A stretch of 61,796 nucleotides of DNA, the filler included. It is 5 parts of 5 records of this genome, joined end to end, with 100 filler letters (N's around TTAATTAATTAA, not from the genome) between each part and the next. Parts side by side here need not be neighbours in the genome. Positions count along the whole stretch, not along the records: positions 1 to 5,049 come from SRR2962707_3489; positions 5,150 to 30,481 come from SRR2962707_3490; 3 more parts are not named here. One strand, written 5' to 3'. The position numbers and the translations under genes are program-made. Positions within the stretch are counted from its first letter, which is position 1. Each line of letters starts with the position of its first letter. Of this stretch, positions 1-10,659 are shown one piece after another. The notes beneath the pieces were generated by a model. The model was not told where the DNA came from. It did not search any database and saw only the letters and a program-made list of their open reading frames with translations.

Positions 1-4
1 TCTC

Positions 5-30
5 TGTGTGTGCGTGTGTGTGTGTGTGTG
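5..30. repeat. (TG)n microsatellite at contig start
   Basis: tgtgtgtgcgtgtgtg... seen directly. Confidence 0.9.
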
Positions 31-289
31 GTCGCCTCGTTGTAAGTTGTGTTACAACGTGATATTTTTTGTTTTCATCCTTCCTCTGAATTGGTCTGAG
101 TGGTTGTGATTGGTTGGCTGGATCCTTGGCGATGGCCGGACGCGCGTGGGCTTCGTAAACTGCGAGGCAGCTTTTATTCGTGCCGCGCGCTGTGTTGCGT
201 GAGTGTGTTTGTGTGTGTCGTATCGCAGTGAAGCTAATCAGCAAGTAAGTGGGTCAGAGTGAGTGAGTGACTGTGTGTGGAGACGAATC

Positions 290-1378
290 ATGGAGCGTCA
301 ACAAAGGATTCGAATTGAGGCGCTGGAGAATGATCTCCGGCGTCGCCAAACAAGCTACATCAGGCGGGAGCGGGCTTATAAGTCGAAAATCGAAGAACTC
401 GAGCGGCAGCTCACAATTGCTCGGCGAGGTGGGGGCTCTGATGAGACGGAGGGCAAGATGGTTGCGATTCGAGCAACCCACGAGAAGATTATCGAGAACA
501 TTGAGAAAATGCAAGCCACCACAGCTGCCCTTATGAAGGAGCAAGAAGCCGATCTGCTCAGGCAGTTCCGTGTCAGACTGTTTGATGTGCAGGAAGAGTT
601 GGCGTCTGCCAAAGCTAAGGCGAACGATGAGAACGCCACGGTGTGGATCAAGAAGTATCGGTCGCTTGAAAAGGAGATGGAGTGGGTCAAGGCGCTGGCA
701 GACAAGCTTGAGCAGTCCAATAAAACGTTTGAGAAGGAGAATCAGCGGCTGCACCAAAACTTTAAAAGTCAGGAGGAGGACAGGAGCATGCTTGTGAAGC
801 AGTTAGTGCTGGTGAAGAAGGACAACGCACGGTTACGTCAAGAAATTCAAGAGCTGAAGGAAAAGGCCGCTGATGAACGGTCTAACGGGGTGGGAGCATC
901 ACCGCGGCGATCGCTGCGGGCGATGATCAAGGACGCCCCCATCACGCTGGATGACAACAGCGACTTGCGATATCGCGAGGTCATCAAGCGTTTGAAAAAA
1001 TTGCTTGATGTCGAGCGACAGAGCATCAAGGATCTGCGCGAACGGCACGCACAGGAGCTTTCTGCCAAGTCTGAACTCGAGCTGTTCTTGCGGCAGTGTA
1101 TAGACGATACGCGCAAGGAAATCGCGCTGCGTCGGAACCGGGGTGTGCCAGGAGCCATTTCCGAAAATGCGAGAAATATCCCACTCAACGAATTCGACGA
1201 AAAAGATCGTGAACACGTGATGGAGTTGCTGCTTTCTCAAGAGCGTGTCATTGGGCTGCTCTACGCCAAGACCTTTCCAACTCGCACGAAACCACCCGCA
1301 ACGTCGTTGCCACCTGTGTCGAACCAAGAGCGTGACTTCACCTCTAAGACAGGCAAACTCCCAGGAGTCGTGCCGTAG
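290..1378 (+). CDS. Eukaryotic long coiled-coil protein; C-terminus resembles BBOF1/CCDC176-type ciliary proteins
   Basis: Uninterrupted ORF from first ATG (290); E/K/R/Q heptad-rich; C-terminal ELELFLRQCIDDTRKEI...REHVMELLLSQERVIGLLYAKTFP. Family call is tentative. Confidence 0.7.
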   Translation: MERQQRIRIEALENDLRRRQTSYIRRERAYKSKIEELERQLTIARRGGGSDETEGKMVAIRATHEKIIENIEKMQATTAALMKEQEADLLRQFRVRLFDVQEELASAKAKANDENATVWIKKYRSLEKEMEWVKALADKLEQSNKTFEKENQRLHQNFKSQEEDRSMLVKQLVLVKKDNARLRQEIQELKEKAADERSNGVGASPRRSLRAMIKDAPITLDDNSDLRYREVIKRLKKLLDVERQSIKDLRERHAQELSAKSELELFLRQCIDDTRKEIALRRNRGVPGAISENARNIPLNEFDEKDREHVMELLLSQERVIGLLYAKTFPTRTKPPATSLPPVSNQERDFTSKTGKLPGVVP

Positions 1379-1565
1379 TTGCCGTCCCTTGTTCGATGTG
1401 AGCACGATGAAAAAAATAACTTACGAATTAATATTGACACAAACACACTGTGTCCGTCATTCCAGCGACACGTCGCGTGGGAGGCAGCAGGATGTTTTGA
1501 TTATTGTGTATGAGTTTCCGTGCCCATATTCCGTGCCCATGCTGCACGTCCCAGCTTCAGCACGG

Positions 1566-4404
1566 TTACACCAACTCATGTGGCGCCAGTGAATTTAGCA
1601 CGCGAAAGATACGCCTGGACAGTACCGCCTGCACGAACAAACCACAGTCAAAACAAATCCGCCTGCAACCGTCATCTTATGCACACGAAAGGGCAAATCA
1701 CTACGCACATCACTCCGAGCGCCGACAACGTTAGCAAGCAACAGTTCACGGTCCGATTCTGACAACGCTGGATTCTCGTACGCCTAAAATGACATATCGC
1801 AGCCTTCGATTAGCCAATCAGCACAGCAAGAACAAAGCGCCACCATAGGTTCAAATTATCACACCTTCATGAGATCAGCGAGACTAGGATACAACGCAAC
1901 GATTCGCCTGGCTCTGCTCAGACTGCAACGTGGAACAACCTGCAACTGTTGGAGCCACGAGCTTTTTACTCCGTCCAGTGTTGTTGCCTTTGGCAAGCAA
2001 CAATGCAAGCACAACAAGTGCAAATCAAGATCAAATGCCAAAATCAAGAAAATACTGAAAAAGGAGGAAATCAACATGCCCGACTGCTCAACGTACACTG
2101 TACTTTTTCGACAGGGAAAAGGCCGCCAGGTCATCATCCACCTCGTATTGCATTCTCGTGAGTTGGGTGAGCAGCTCTACAATGTACTCTGCAGTTTCTT
2201 GGTTGTCTTTAGTGCAATGGATCTGCAAGTTGTGCAATCGAGCTACACACTCAGGCACTACTTTTCGAATGAAACTATAACAACAGCCGTGCGCACATGC
2301 ACAGCGAAGCGCAGCAACCGACGCACCTCCAAATCATCTGAAACATAGGCGGCAGTGCAAACTTCGTCGAAAGACTTGTTCGTCACGTGACGAGGACTTG
2401 CGGCATGCCGATGCGTGTTAGCGTATGAAGCAGCGTGGTAGGATGCAATGCAAGCATCAATGCTTTGAATCACAAAAATTACGCGGTGGGAGTCGCTGTC
2501 ACTGTCATCGCCGCCATAACCCTGCAACGTTCGTAAATGCGCAGCACATCAGAATCAGTGACAGACATTGTTATTGCCGCAACGAAAAAGGCGCTACAAC
2601 CAGTGTGCTTACCCAGCGCTCCTCCTGGCGGGCTCTCGACGCATCTTCTTCAGCCACGGCATGCAAGAGCAACTGGGGGTGCAAGCGGAGAAAAATGGCA
2701 AAATCAAACCTGCCCCAACACCATGCCAAGGAATTGCACAGGGCTTCAAAACACACAAACCGCTTCCCGGCACACCAACAGATGGTCGACGAGGCGACTT
2801 CCATCCCCAACTAAAGTATCAAAACACACGCGGCTATGTTTAGTGATGGCGCGACTGGTGAGAACCAACATCCACTTTAGGTTGTGGCTTTCGCACAAAC
2901 CTGGGCTCTTATGAAGCAATTCTAATGCAAACGCTCCCGGAATTATACATAGTGCAGTGAAAGGCCGAACAGGTGGGTCCATGGGCTTGCCGTCTAACGC
3001 ACTGACCTTTACAGATCAAGGAAGCGAGTAGAAAAATCACAAAAATGCAAAAACATGCGACGAGCACCCTCAATATGAACTAGTCTGGGTACGGACCCTT
3101 TTCCACCAAACAGCATTTTCGCAAGGGGCAGCTGTCAGGACGCGCGGTTCCTGGAACGAACGGTCGTCACTGACGACAAGTGCCTAACGGTTCCAACGGC
3201 ACCAAGAATCGTCCCGAACAATGACGGTGTGACGGGGCGCGCAAAAAATAACAGCGGCCACCAAGTTGTGAGTATTACCTTCACCAAATTGAGCAAATCC
3301 GGATCAATGGAACTACTGAAGCATGTGAGAAGCTCTTTATTCCGGAAACGTCCACTTTGCTCCTGTAGCTTCAACTGCAAACCGACGAGAGGAAATGTAA
3401 TCAAGCCAAAACGAGTCAAGGCAAGGCAAAGCGTGCTCTGACAAGGCACAAAAAGCAAGTCAACTGTCGAGTTGACAGTTCACCTTATTCCGCTTCAATT
3501 CCGCTTTTTTCTCTGCACGAATTGCCTTTGCCGCAGCTCGTTCTTCAGCCCGTTTCTGTTTTTCGGCCTCTTTTGCAAGCCTTCTCGCCCGCCGAGCTTC
3601 TGCCCCAGAAGCAGACGAAGAAGTTGACCGAGATGATGAGCTCGCAGCTGAAGATGCAGAAGATGACGAACGGGACAAACTTCGTGCCTGAGAGCCAATA
3701 ACAACGCCGCGCGCACCATCGAGCCAGGAAGAGGCCGACGACGACGAAGTTGGGGAGCGGTGTGGGCCTTTTATTGGTTGGGCTTTTACCCGAACAGGCG
3801 CCGAATCAAATTCGCGCTGGGAAGGTGTAATAATTTGCTGATGTTCTGGCTTCAAACCCTTGGCAATACGCTTGCCAGCTCCAGACGAACCATGACCGTC
3901 GAAGCTTCCTTCTCCCTTCGTGGCTCCAAGGCGTGACACTGAGGCGTGGTTGTTTTCTAAGCCACCGTCTTCATCTTCGTCTTCCGAGGACAATAGTGCA
4001 ATCGTCAGAGAATGTTCTACTTTTGGCGGCCGAAGAGGCAGCGTGCGGCGCTTCACTGGCACTGCTGGACCTTCACAATGTGTCCCATCAGTCTCGATGG
4101 CAGAGCCTGGGGATCGCCTTTTCCTTGTGTCTTGCTCGTTCTTCCATTTGGCCATTCTCTGCGACAGCGAAAAGATCTCCGCATCACTGCTACTAGAGTC
4201 GCTTTCAGAATCATCCTCACCGTAAGAATTGTTGGAAGCATGCAACTTGCCACGGGACAACTTCTGCGTTTCGTCGCTGCGTTGCGGCTTAACTCCCCGA
4301 CAGACGGCCGCGTTGCTGGTGTCGTTCACTGGAGCATCGTCCTCAACATCTTCATTGTCGGACAACTGAGTGAGGTCAAACACGTCTTCACCCCCATCGT
4401 CCAT
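1566..4404 (-). CDS. EME1: Multi-exon EME1/Mms4-like subunit of the Mus81 crossover-junction endonuclease
   Basis: Acidic/Ser-rich N-terminus (MDDGGEDVFDLTQ), K/A/E-rich helix, then GT-AG-bounded exons giving HRVIFVIQSID, VTNKSFDEVCTAAYVSDDLE|IHCTKDNQETAEYIVELLTQL, SWLQQLQVVPRCSLSRARRIVALYPSLADLMK|AYENPALSESDRELLLANV, AVLSRRIFRVLNS*, matching the ERCC4 plus (HhH)2 layout. Exons between about 2670 and 3278 not resolved. Confidence 0.75.
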
Positions 4405-5023
4405 TTCTGTCACAAAATGAGCCCAGTCAAACGTCGTTGGCGGCAATGAGCATCGCGGCAATTCAACCGGCTTCGATGGTTTACCTTCGTCTCTTTCTCG
4501 AAATCTGAAACGAAGTGCCGAGCAAGTCTTACTTTGCCAAGAAAACAACCAACAACGACAACGGAAACAAAAAAGCGCGCAAAGCACCCTCGCCAATCGG
4601 ATCACAAAGGCCCTCCAGGGATTCACACTGAAAAGTGTCGTCAAAGTCCCCGGATCTTCCTGTTGCGATGGGGGCCAGCAACAGCAACTTTTTTTTTCGT
4701 TTTCTGTTTCTTTTCGGTTCGACGAAAGTCTGGGCCGTTTGAGTTTGAAGTTTGAAGGGGGGGGAGACTTGAAGTCAGTGCGGACGGGGGTGAGAGTGAG
4801 TGAGTGAGTGAGTAGTGATTGAAAGCGTGTGACCAAAACACAATGTTAAATAGTGATATTTTAGTAATGAATTTTTACCGGATTTTGATACATGATGATA
4901 GGTTTGTAACTGATCAACTTAGATAAATGCCATGGTGTTAATTCACGTAGTTGTGGACATACAGGCGTTTGAACGGTTGGATGATCTATCTGCACGAATT
5001 GTCTCCTCTCTCACTCTCGGATC

Positions 5024-5049
5024 CTCTCTCTCTCTCTCTCTCTCTCTCT
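5024..5049. repeat. (CT)n microsatellite at contig end
   Basis: ctctctct... run up to the gap. Confidence 0.9.
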
Positions 5050-5149
5050 NNNNNNNNNNNNNNNNNNNNNNNNNNNNNNNNNNNNNNNNNNNNTTAATTA
5101 ATTAANNNNNNNNNNNNNNNNNNNNNNNNNNNNNNNNNNNNNNNNNNNN
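5050..5149. other. Artificial contig linker
   Basis: 100-nt N spacer with six-frame-stop TTAATTAATTAA. Confidence 0.98.
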
Positions 5150-5272
5150 GGCCATCATCGCGGTCACGAAGTCCGCATAAGCGACTTTCCAAGCACCCCC
5201 ATGGTGCCCGCCGCCTTTGATTACTTTTTTACGTTTAATGATGACTGGTGCCGCATTTGCCTGCGCCGCCAT
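5150..5272 (-). CDS. motB: Flagellar motor protein MotB, N-terminal part (cut by contig end)
   Basis: IIKRKK...HHGGAWKVAYADFVTAMMA signature. Confidence 0.92.
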
Positions 5273-5368
5273 TCTCACTACCCTTTTTTCACCCAAGGTC
5301 AGGTCTAAAGAGGAGGTGTTACAGCCAGCTTAACATCTTTAATTGTTAGTATTCTGGCCGGGTTTTGA

Positions 5369-6268
5369 CTAGCTAAGGTGGTCCTCACCGCGGTCGCGCG
5401 CCAACATCATTTGGTGCTGGCGTTCGCGAAAGCGGGCTTTGTCGGCGTCAGATGTCTCGTCGACACATTGGTGGCAGCTCACGCCGGCTTCATATCCGTC
5501 GCGGGCTGTATCCTGCGGCAATATCGGCCTGCGGCAGCCGTGGCACAGCATATGAGGGCCCTCTTTCAACCCGTGACCTACGCTGACCCGGTTGTCAAAA
5601 ACGAAACATTCGCCCTGCCAGCTGCTGTCTTCTTGGGGCACATTCTCAAGATATTTCAAAATGCCGCCCTTGAGGTGGAACACATCTTCGACGCCCTGAC
5701 CAACAAGGTAATTTGTTGATTTTTCACAGCGAATACCACCCGTGCAGAACATCGCGATCTTCTTATTGTGAAAACGGTGTTTGTTTTCCTGCCACCATGC
5801 TGGGAACTCACCAAAGCTTTTGGTTTGCGGGTCAATCGCACCATCAAATGTCCCGATAGATACCTCATAGTCATTGCGGGTATCGATCACAGCGACATCA
5901 TCACGGTTGATCAAATCGTTCCAATCAGCGGCTTCGACATAGTGGCCGACGCGGTCGGTCGGGTCGACATCAGGTTGCCCCATGGTGACGATTTCACGCT
6001 TCAGGCGGACTTTCATTTTGCCGAAAGGCGGGGTTTTCGCGGTGCTTTCCTTCCACTCCAACCCGTCGCAGCCCGGCAAGGATTTGATGTGCGCGATCAC
6101 CACATCAATACCGGCGCGTGGGCCGGCGATGGTGCCATTGATCCCTTCGCCAGCGACCAGCAAGGTGCCTTTGACGTCCTGCGCTTCGCACAGCGCCTTA
6201 AGCGGCGCGCGCAGGCCATCAGGATCGTTGAAACGGGTAAAGTGATAAAGAGCGGCGATGATATACAT
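5369..6268 (-). CDS. trhO: Rhodanese-domain tRNA U34 hydroxylase TrhO (UPF0176)
   Basis: ALYHF, EGINGT, IDTRNDYE, MFCTGGIRCEK, CFVFDNR motifs. Confidence 0.92.
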   Translation of the reverse strand: MYIIAALYHFTRFNDPDGLRAPLKALCEAQDVKGTLLVAGEGINGTIAGPRAGIDVVIAHIKSLPGCDGLEWKESTAKTPPFGKMKVRLKREIVTMGQPDVDPTDRVGHYVEAADWNDLINRDDVAVIDTRNDYEVSIGTFDGAIDPQTKSFGEFPAWWQENKHRFHNKKIAMFCTGGIRCEKSTNYLVGQGVEDVFHLKGGILKYLENVPQEDSSWQGECFVFDNRVSVGHGLKEGPHMLCHGCRRPILPQDTARDGYEAGVSCHQCVDETSDADKARFRERQHQMMLARDRGEDHLS

Positions 6269-6373
6269 GGGCGCTCAGATACGCCCCCTGCGCGCTTCAG
6301 GCAAGAGGGGGCTTTCGACCCTGACGTGATCGCGAAGATATGGTATCGCGAGCTATGACAAGGAGAAATCAGT

Positions 6374-6976
6374 ATGACCAAAGCATTGATCGTGATCGAC
6401 GTCCAAAATGACTTTTGCCCGGGCGGAGCGCTGGAGGTTCCCCAAGGGGATGACATCATCGAGCGGATCAATGACCTTATGGCGGATGTGGACGCGGTCA
6501 TTCTCACCCAAGACTGGCATCCTGCGGGGCATTCGTCTTTTGCGTCCTCGCATGCGGGGAAAGGGCCATATGATATGATCGAAATGCCCTATGGCCCACA
6601 GGTTCTTTGGCCGGATCATTGTGTTCAGGGCACCAATGGGGGCCAGTTTCACGCCTACCTGAATGACACAGCGGCCGATCTGATCATTCGCAAGGGCTAT
6701 AATCCTGACATCGACAGCTATTCAGCATTCTTTGAAAACGATCACACCACGCCAACCGGGCTGGATGGCTATCTGCGGAGCCGTGGCATAACGGATTTGG
6801 TAATCGTAGGTCTGGCCTTGGATTTTTGCGTTAATTATTCGGCGGTTGATGCCGCAAAACTGGGCTTTAACGTCGAGGTCAGGCAGGATCTTTGCCGTGC
6901 GATTGATCTAAACGGGTCACTTGCTGCCGCCATCGATGGGATGGTCGCTGCCGGGGTTACCCTGACCCAAGCGTAG
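6374..6976 (+). CDS. pncA: Nicotinamidase/pyrazinamidase
   Basis: IDVQNDFC, QDWH, WPDHCVQG, DSYSAF, DFCV; AAGGAG SD. Confidence 0.95.
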   Translation: MTKALIVIDVQNDFCPGGALEVPQGDDIIERINDLMADVDAVILTQDWHPAGHSSFASSHAGKGPYDMIEMPYGPQVLWPDHCVQGTNGGQFHAYLNDTAADLIIRKGYNPDIDSYSAFFENDHTTPTGLDGYLRSRGITDLVIVGLALDFCVNYSAVDAAKLGFNVEVRQDLCRAIDLNGSLAAAIDGMVAAGVTLTQA

Positions 6977-7616
6977 GTTGGGCCACTGGCGATAGATTTA
7001 GAATGCCAAGCGCGTCGAGGCCACCCAAGGTGGCGTCGACTGCCACAGTCGCCAGAATAATCCCCATGACGCGGCTGATTACGCTAGCCCCTGTGGTGCC
7101 CATCAGCCGCCCAATTTTGCCAGCCATCAGCAAAAGCGCCAAAGTAACGGCCAGTACCAGCAGCAAAAGCGCCGCCGTGATGATCTGATCTGACACGGGG
7201 TTGCTGTGATTATCTGTCAAAATGACAATGGCCAGCATCGCACCCGGCGACGCGATAGATGGCATTGCCAAAGGAAACACAGCACCGGCAAGGTGATCGC
7301 GTTCGGCGGCTTCTATCTCTTGTGTCGGTTTGGGTTCGCCAAAAATCATACTAAGCGCGAATAGAAACAGCACGATGCCGCCGGCCACCTGAAACGATCC
7401 AAGCCGCAACCCCAGAGATTCCAACAAGAACTGCCCCCCGACCAAGAAGGCCAGCAACACGACCCCGGCCACCAAGACCGCGCGCAGGGCAAAACTGCGG
7501 TGCAGCTCTTTGGGTACATGCGCCGTCGCGTATAGGAAGACCGGCAAACTGCCGATGGGATCAATCACAACAAACAGTGTGATCAGTTCTCGTAGTAGAT
7601 TGGGCCATTCCAGCAT
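6957..7616 (-). CDS. MarC family membrane protein
   Basis: LFVVIDPIG, SFQVAGGIVL, AVFPLAMPSIASPGA. Confidence 0.9.
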   Translation of the reverse strand: MLEWPNLLRELITLFVVIDPIGSLPVFLYATAHVPKELHRSFALRAVLVAGVVLLAFLVGGQFLLESLGLRLGSFQVAGGIVLFLFALSMIFGEPKPTQEIEAAERDHLAGAVFPLAMPSIASPGAMLAIVILTDNHSNPVSDQIITAALLLLVLAVTLALLLMAGKIGRLMGTTGASVISRVMGIILATVAVDATLGGLDALGILNLSPVAQPTLGSG

Positions 7617-7740
7617 AACGCGGACCTATTTGGGGGATGCTTCCTGCGATAACATAGGTTTATGGCCATGTCAGCGGCTATTCCCTTGCCCCGTCAATCG
7701 GGATGCGTCACAAACACACCGCCTAACGGAGCCTAAGATC

Positions 7741-9033
7741 ATGGTCGATATCGCCAGCCGCGTCTGGAATCACAAGTGGAAGATCGACCCGATTGTTCGG
7801 TCGCTGATCGATACGGATTTCTACAAATTGTTGATGTGCCAATCGGTATTTCGCAACAAGCCGGAAACCCAGGTTACGTTCAGCCTGATCAACAGATCAA
7901 AGCACATTCCCCTTGCCGATCTGATCGACGAAGGCGAGCTGCGCGAGCAATTGGATCACATCCGCTCTCTCTCCCTAAGCCGCGGAGAAAGCACTTGGCT
8001 GCGGGGCAACACGTTTTACGGCAAACGCCAGATGTTCCGCCCCGATTTCATGGAGTGGTTCGAGGGGCTGCGTTTGCCGCCCTATCATCTGGAACGCAAA
8101 GGCGACCAGTACGAGCTGACGTTCGAGGGAACATGGCCCGAGGTGATGCTGTGGGAAATCCCGGCCCTTGCGGTTTTGATGGAACTGCGCGGCCGTGCAG
8201 TTCTGGGCAAAATGGGCAAATTCGAACTGCAAATCCTATACGCGCGCGGCATGACACGCGTGTGGGAAAAGATCGAAGAACTTCGCAAGGTTCCCGGCCT
8301 ATCCATCGCTGATTTTGGCACACGCCGCCGTCATTCATTCTTGTGGCAGGACTGGTGTGTTCAGGCCATGCAAGAAGGGCTGGGAAAAGCCTTTACCGGT
8401 ACATCAAACTGCAAGATCGCGATGGAGCGCGAGGTCGAGGCGATCGGGACCAACGCCCATGAACTGCCGATGGTCTACGCCGCATTGGCAAAAGATGATG
8501 CCGCACTGGCGCAGGCCCCCTATGATGTTTTGCAAGATTGGCACGAAGAACACGATGGCAATCTGCGGATTATCCTGCCCGACACCTATGGGACCAAAGG
8601 GTTCTTGGACAATGCGCCTGATTGGTTGGCTGGTTGGACAGGCATCCGCATCGACAGCGGCGACCCGGCCACAGCGGCACAAACAGCCATTGATTGGTGG
8701 AAGTCGCGGGGCGAGGATCCAAGCAGCAAGCGGATCATCTTTAGCGACGGCCTAGACGTCGCCAAAATCAAAAAGCTGCACACCCAGTTCGCGGACAAGG
8801 CGACGGTATCATTCGGTTGGGGCACCTTGTTGACCAATGACTTCCGAAATCTGGTGCCGGATGACGCGCTGGCCCCCTTTAGCCTAGTTTGCAAGGCTGT
8901 CGCTGCGAACGGGAGACCGACGGTCAAACTGTCGGATAACCCCAACAAGGCGATGGGCCCGCAAAGCGAGATCGACCGCTACAAGCGTGTTTTTCAGGTT
9001 GGTGAACAGGATGCGCAAAAGGTCATCGTTTAG
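7741..9033 (+). CDS. pncB: Nicotinate phosphoribosyltransferase
   Basis: SLIDTDFYKLLM, DFGTRRR, GTNAHE, RIDSGD, KLSDN; start placed at MVDIASRV. Confidence 0.95.
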   Translation: MVDIASRVWNHKWKIDPIVRSLIDTDFYKLLMCQSVFRNKPETQVTFSLINRSKHIPLADLIDEGELREQLDHIRSLSLSRGESTWLRGNTFYGKRQMFRPDFMEWFEGLRLPPYHLERKGDQYELTFEGTWPEVMLWEIPALAVLMELRGRAVLGKMGKFELQILYARGMTRVWEKIEELRKVPGLSIADFGTRRRHSFLWQDWCVQAMQEGLGKAFTGTSNCKIAMEREVEAIGTNAHELPMVYAALAKDDAALAQAPYDVLQDWHEEHDGNLRIILPDTYGTKGFLDNAPDWLAGWTGIRIDSGDPATAAQTAIDWWKSRGEDPSSKRIIFSDGLDVAKIKKLHTQFADKATVSFGWGTLLTNDFRNLVPDDALAPFSLVCKAVAANGRPTVKLSDNPNKAMGPQSEIDRYKRVFQVGEQDAQKVIV

Positions 9034-9934
9034 GCGATGATTTTTGCCTCATTTGGCTGATTTTGCGTTCGCGCCACACGATGAGCAATCCACCGACGAC
9101 GATGAACACGGCACCGGGGAACAGATCGGACCATGGTGCCTCATCGTAGAAAATCCAGCCAAGGGCAAACGCCAGCGGGATGCCGAAATAGCTGAACGGG
9201 GCCAGATTGCTTTGTTCAGTCAGTCGGTAAGACATGATCAGGAATAACACGGCTGTTCCGCCAAACGCGCCCATGCCGACAATCCACAGCAGGTCGGTGC
9301 CCGACGCCAGCGGGGTAAAGCCGGCCGTGAAAAACGCAAGCGCCAGCGATCCGATCGCGGCAAGACCGGAAGAATAAAGATTGATCAGCGCGCTGGGCAC
9401 ATCGTCATCCATCATGCGGGTCGTCACGGCCACCAACGCATAGCATGCCGCCGCCGCAAGCGGTAAAAGGGCCGCGGGCCGAAAGCTATCGCTGCCCGGC
9501 CCGACGACCATAATCACCCCTGCAAAACCCAAAAGCACTGCACCCCATCTGAGCGCGCCAACCTTTTCACCAAGCAGGACCACCGCAAGCGCCACCATAA
9601 TCGGCGCATTCGCATATGTGATTGTTGATGCGGTCGCAAAGCTCAGCAACCCAAGTGACAGATAAAAGAAATACTGCGCAAAGGTCAGGATAATGCCGCG
9701 CAAAAGGGCAAACCGCCACTGACGTATTTTTAGAATGCGCCCGTTTTGATGCCAGCCTGACGACATCCAAAGCGCAATACCTGCGGGGATCAGGCCTGCA
9801 ATATTCCGGTAGACCGACAATTCCGCAGCGCCGTAATGTGGTGACAGATGTTTGATGATCAGACCCATAAGATCGAACAAAACCAAAGCGATCAGCGAAA
9901 AGGTGATCGCGAGGGCGGTGCGGTTCCTCGGCAT
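9023..9934 (-). CDS. DMT/EamA family transporter
   Basis: About 10 TM helices, LLGEKVG..RW and APFSY motifs. Confidence 0.88.
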   Translation of the reverse strand: MPRNRTALAITFSLIALVLFDLMGLIIKHLSPHYGAAELSVYRNIAGLIPAGIALWMSSGWHQNGRILKIRQWRFALLRGIILTFAQYFFYLSLGLLSFATASTITYANAPIMVALAVVLLGEKVGALRWGAVLLGFAGVIMVVGPGSDSFRPAALLPLAAAACYALVAVTTRMMDDDVPSALINLYSSGLAAIGSLALAFFTAGFTPLASGTDLLWIVGMGAFGGTAVLFLIMSYRLTEQSNLAPFSYFGIPLAFALGWIFYDEAPWSDLFPGAVFIVVGGLLIVWRERKISQMRQKSSPKR

Positions 9935-10014
9935 GATGTCGATCCTAAAATGGGCTCGGGCCAACCCTAGCAGACAGGCACCGTATCACCATCGCAATCT
10001 GCTTGGCGCATGGA

Positions 10015-10437
10015 TCACTTGGCCGGATCAACCTTGCCACGCAGGGCCTTAACTTCTCCGCGGACTTTCTTTTCCTTCAGACGTCGTTTTTTCGACCCCA
10101 GCGTGGGCCGGGTTGGGATGCGGCGTTTGGGCGGGGTCAGCGCTGATTTGATCAGCTCTTTCAACCGGTCACGCGCGATTTCGCGGTTGCGGGCTTGGCT
10201 GCGCGTCTCGTCACATTGGATGACCAACGCCCCCTCGTTGGTCCACCGGCGACCCGCCAGCCTGCGCAGACGGGTTTTCACGGGGTTGGTTAACGAAGGC
10301 GAGGTCGCGGCCTCGAACCTCAATTCAACCGCGCTTGAGACCTTGTTCACGTTCTGCCCACCGGGGCCGGACGCCCGCATAAAGCTTTCGGTCAGCTCCC
10401 AGTCTTGAATGGCAATTTCGTCGGTAATGTGCAGCAC
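10015..10437 (-). CDS. arfB: Alternative ribosome rescue factor ArfB
   Basis: RASGPGGQNVNKVSS, RSQARNR, basic tail; GTG start after AAGGAG. Confidence 0.95.
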   Translation of the reverse strand: MLHITDEIAIQDWELTESFMRASGPGGQNVNKVSSAVELRFEAATSPSLTNPVKTRLRRLAGRRWTNEGALVIQCDETRSQARNREIARDRLKELIKSALTPPKRRIPTRPTLGSKKRRLKEKKVRGEVKALRGKVDPAK

Positions 10438-10501
10438 GGGCGGTCTCCTTGGGGGCAGTATCGCATCGCAAGTTCCCAAGTGAAAGAGCCCGAAGAATGC
10501 G

Positions 10502-10529
10502 AAAAGGGCCGCCCAATAAAGAGCGGCCC
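10502..10529 (-). terminator. Intrinsic terminator ending the intergenic RNA upstream of arfB
   Basis: GGGCCGC...GCGGCCC stem followed by TTTT on the minus strand. Confidence 0.75.
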
Positions 10530-10602
10530 AATCGAATGGTTTACGGAGGTGGGATCGGTTAGATCAGCGATCCACCCAAGGTTCTGACCACTAAGGGCTG
10601 CC

Positions 10603-10659
10603 CTAGCGGTTGTTCTCCCAAGCTGTTCCGACACCTCGCTCCAATACCGTTCTTGACAC
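10603..10659 (-). CDS. Putative 18-aa peptide MSRTVLERGVGTAWENNR
   Basis: GTG 7 nt after GGAGG of a maximal SD; TAG at 10603. Confidence 0.45.
   Translation of the reverse strand: MSRTVLERGVGTAWENNR

Noticed and set aside
1380-3458. Many short ORFs on both strands as separate genes
   Set aside because: Explained as exon/intron pieces or antisense shadows of the EME1-like gene
5094-5105. Recurring TTAATTAATTAA palindrome
   Set aside because: Synthetic six-frame stop spacer inside N runs
4900-5300. Eukaryote-bacterium junction suggesting horizontal transfer
   Set aside because: The two sides are separated by an artificial linker; adjacency across any of the four linkers has no biological meaning
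7510-7740. N-terminal extension of pncB (likewise 27096-27536 for DUF1285 and 14729-14887 for BLUF)
   Set aside because: Extensions overlap opposite-strand genes or promoters; family-like sequence starts at the downstream ATG
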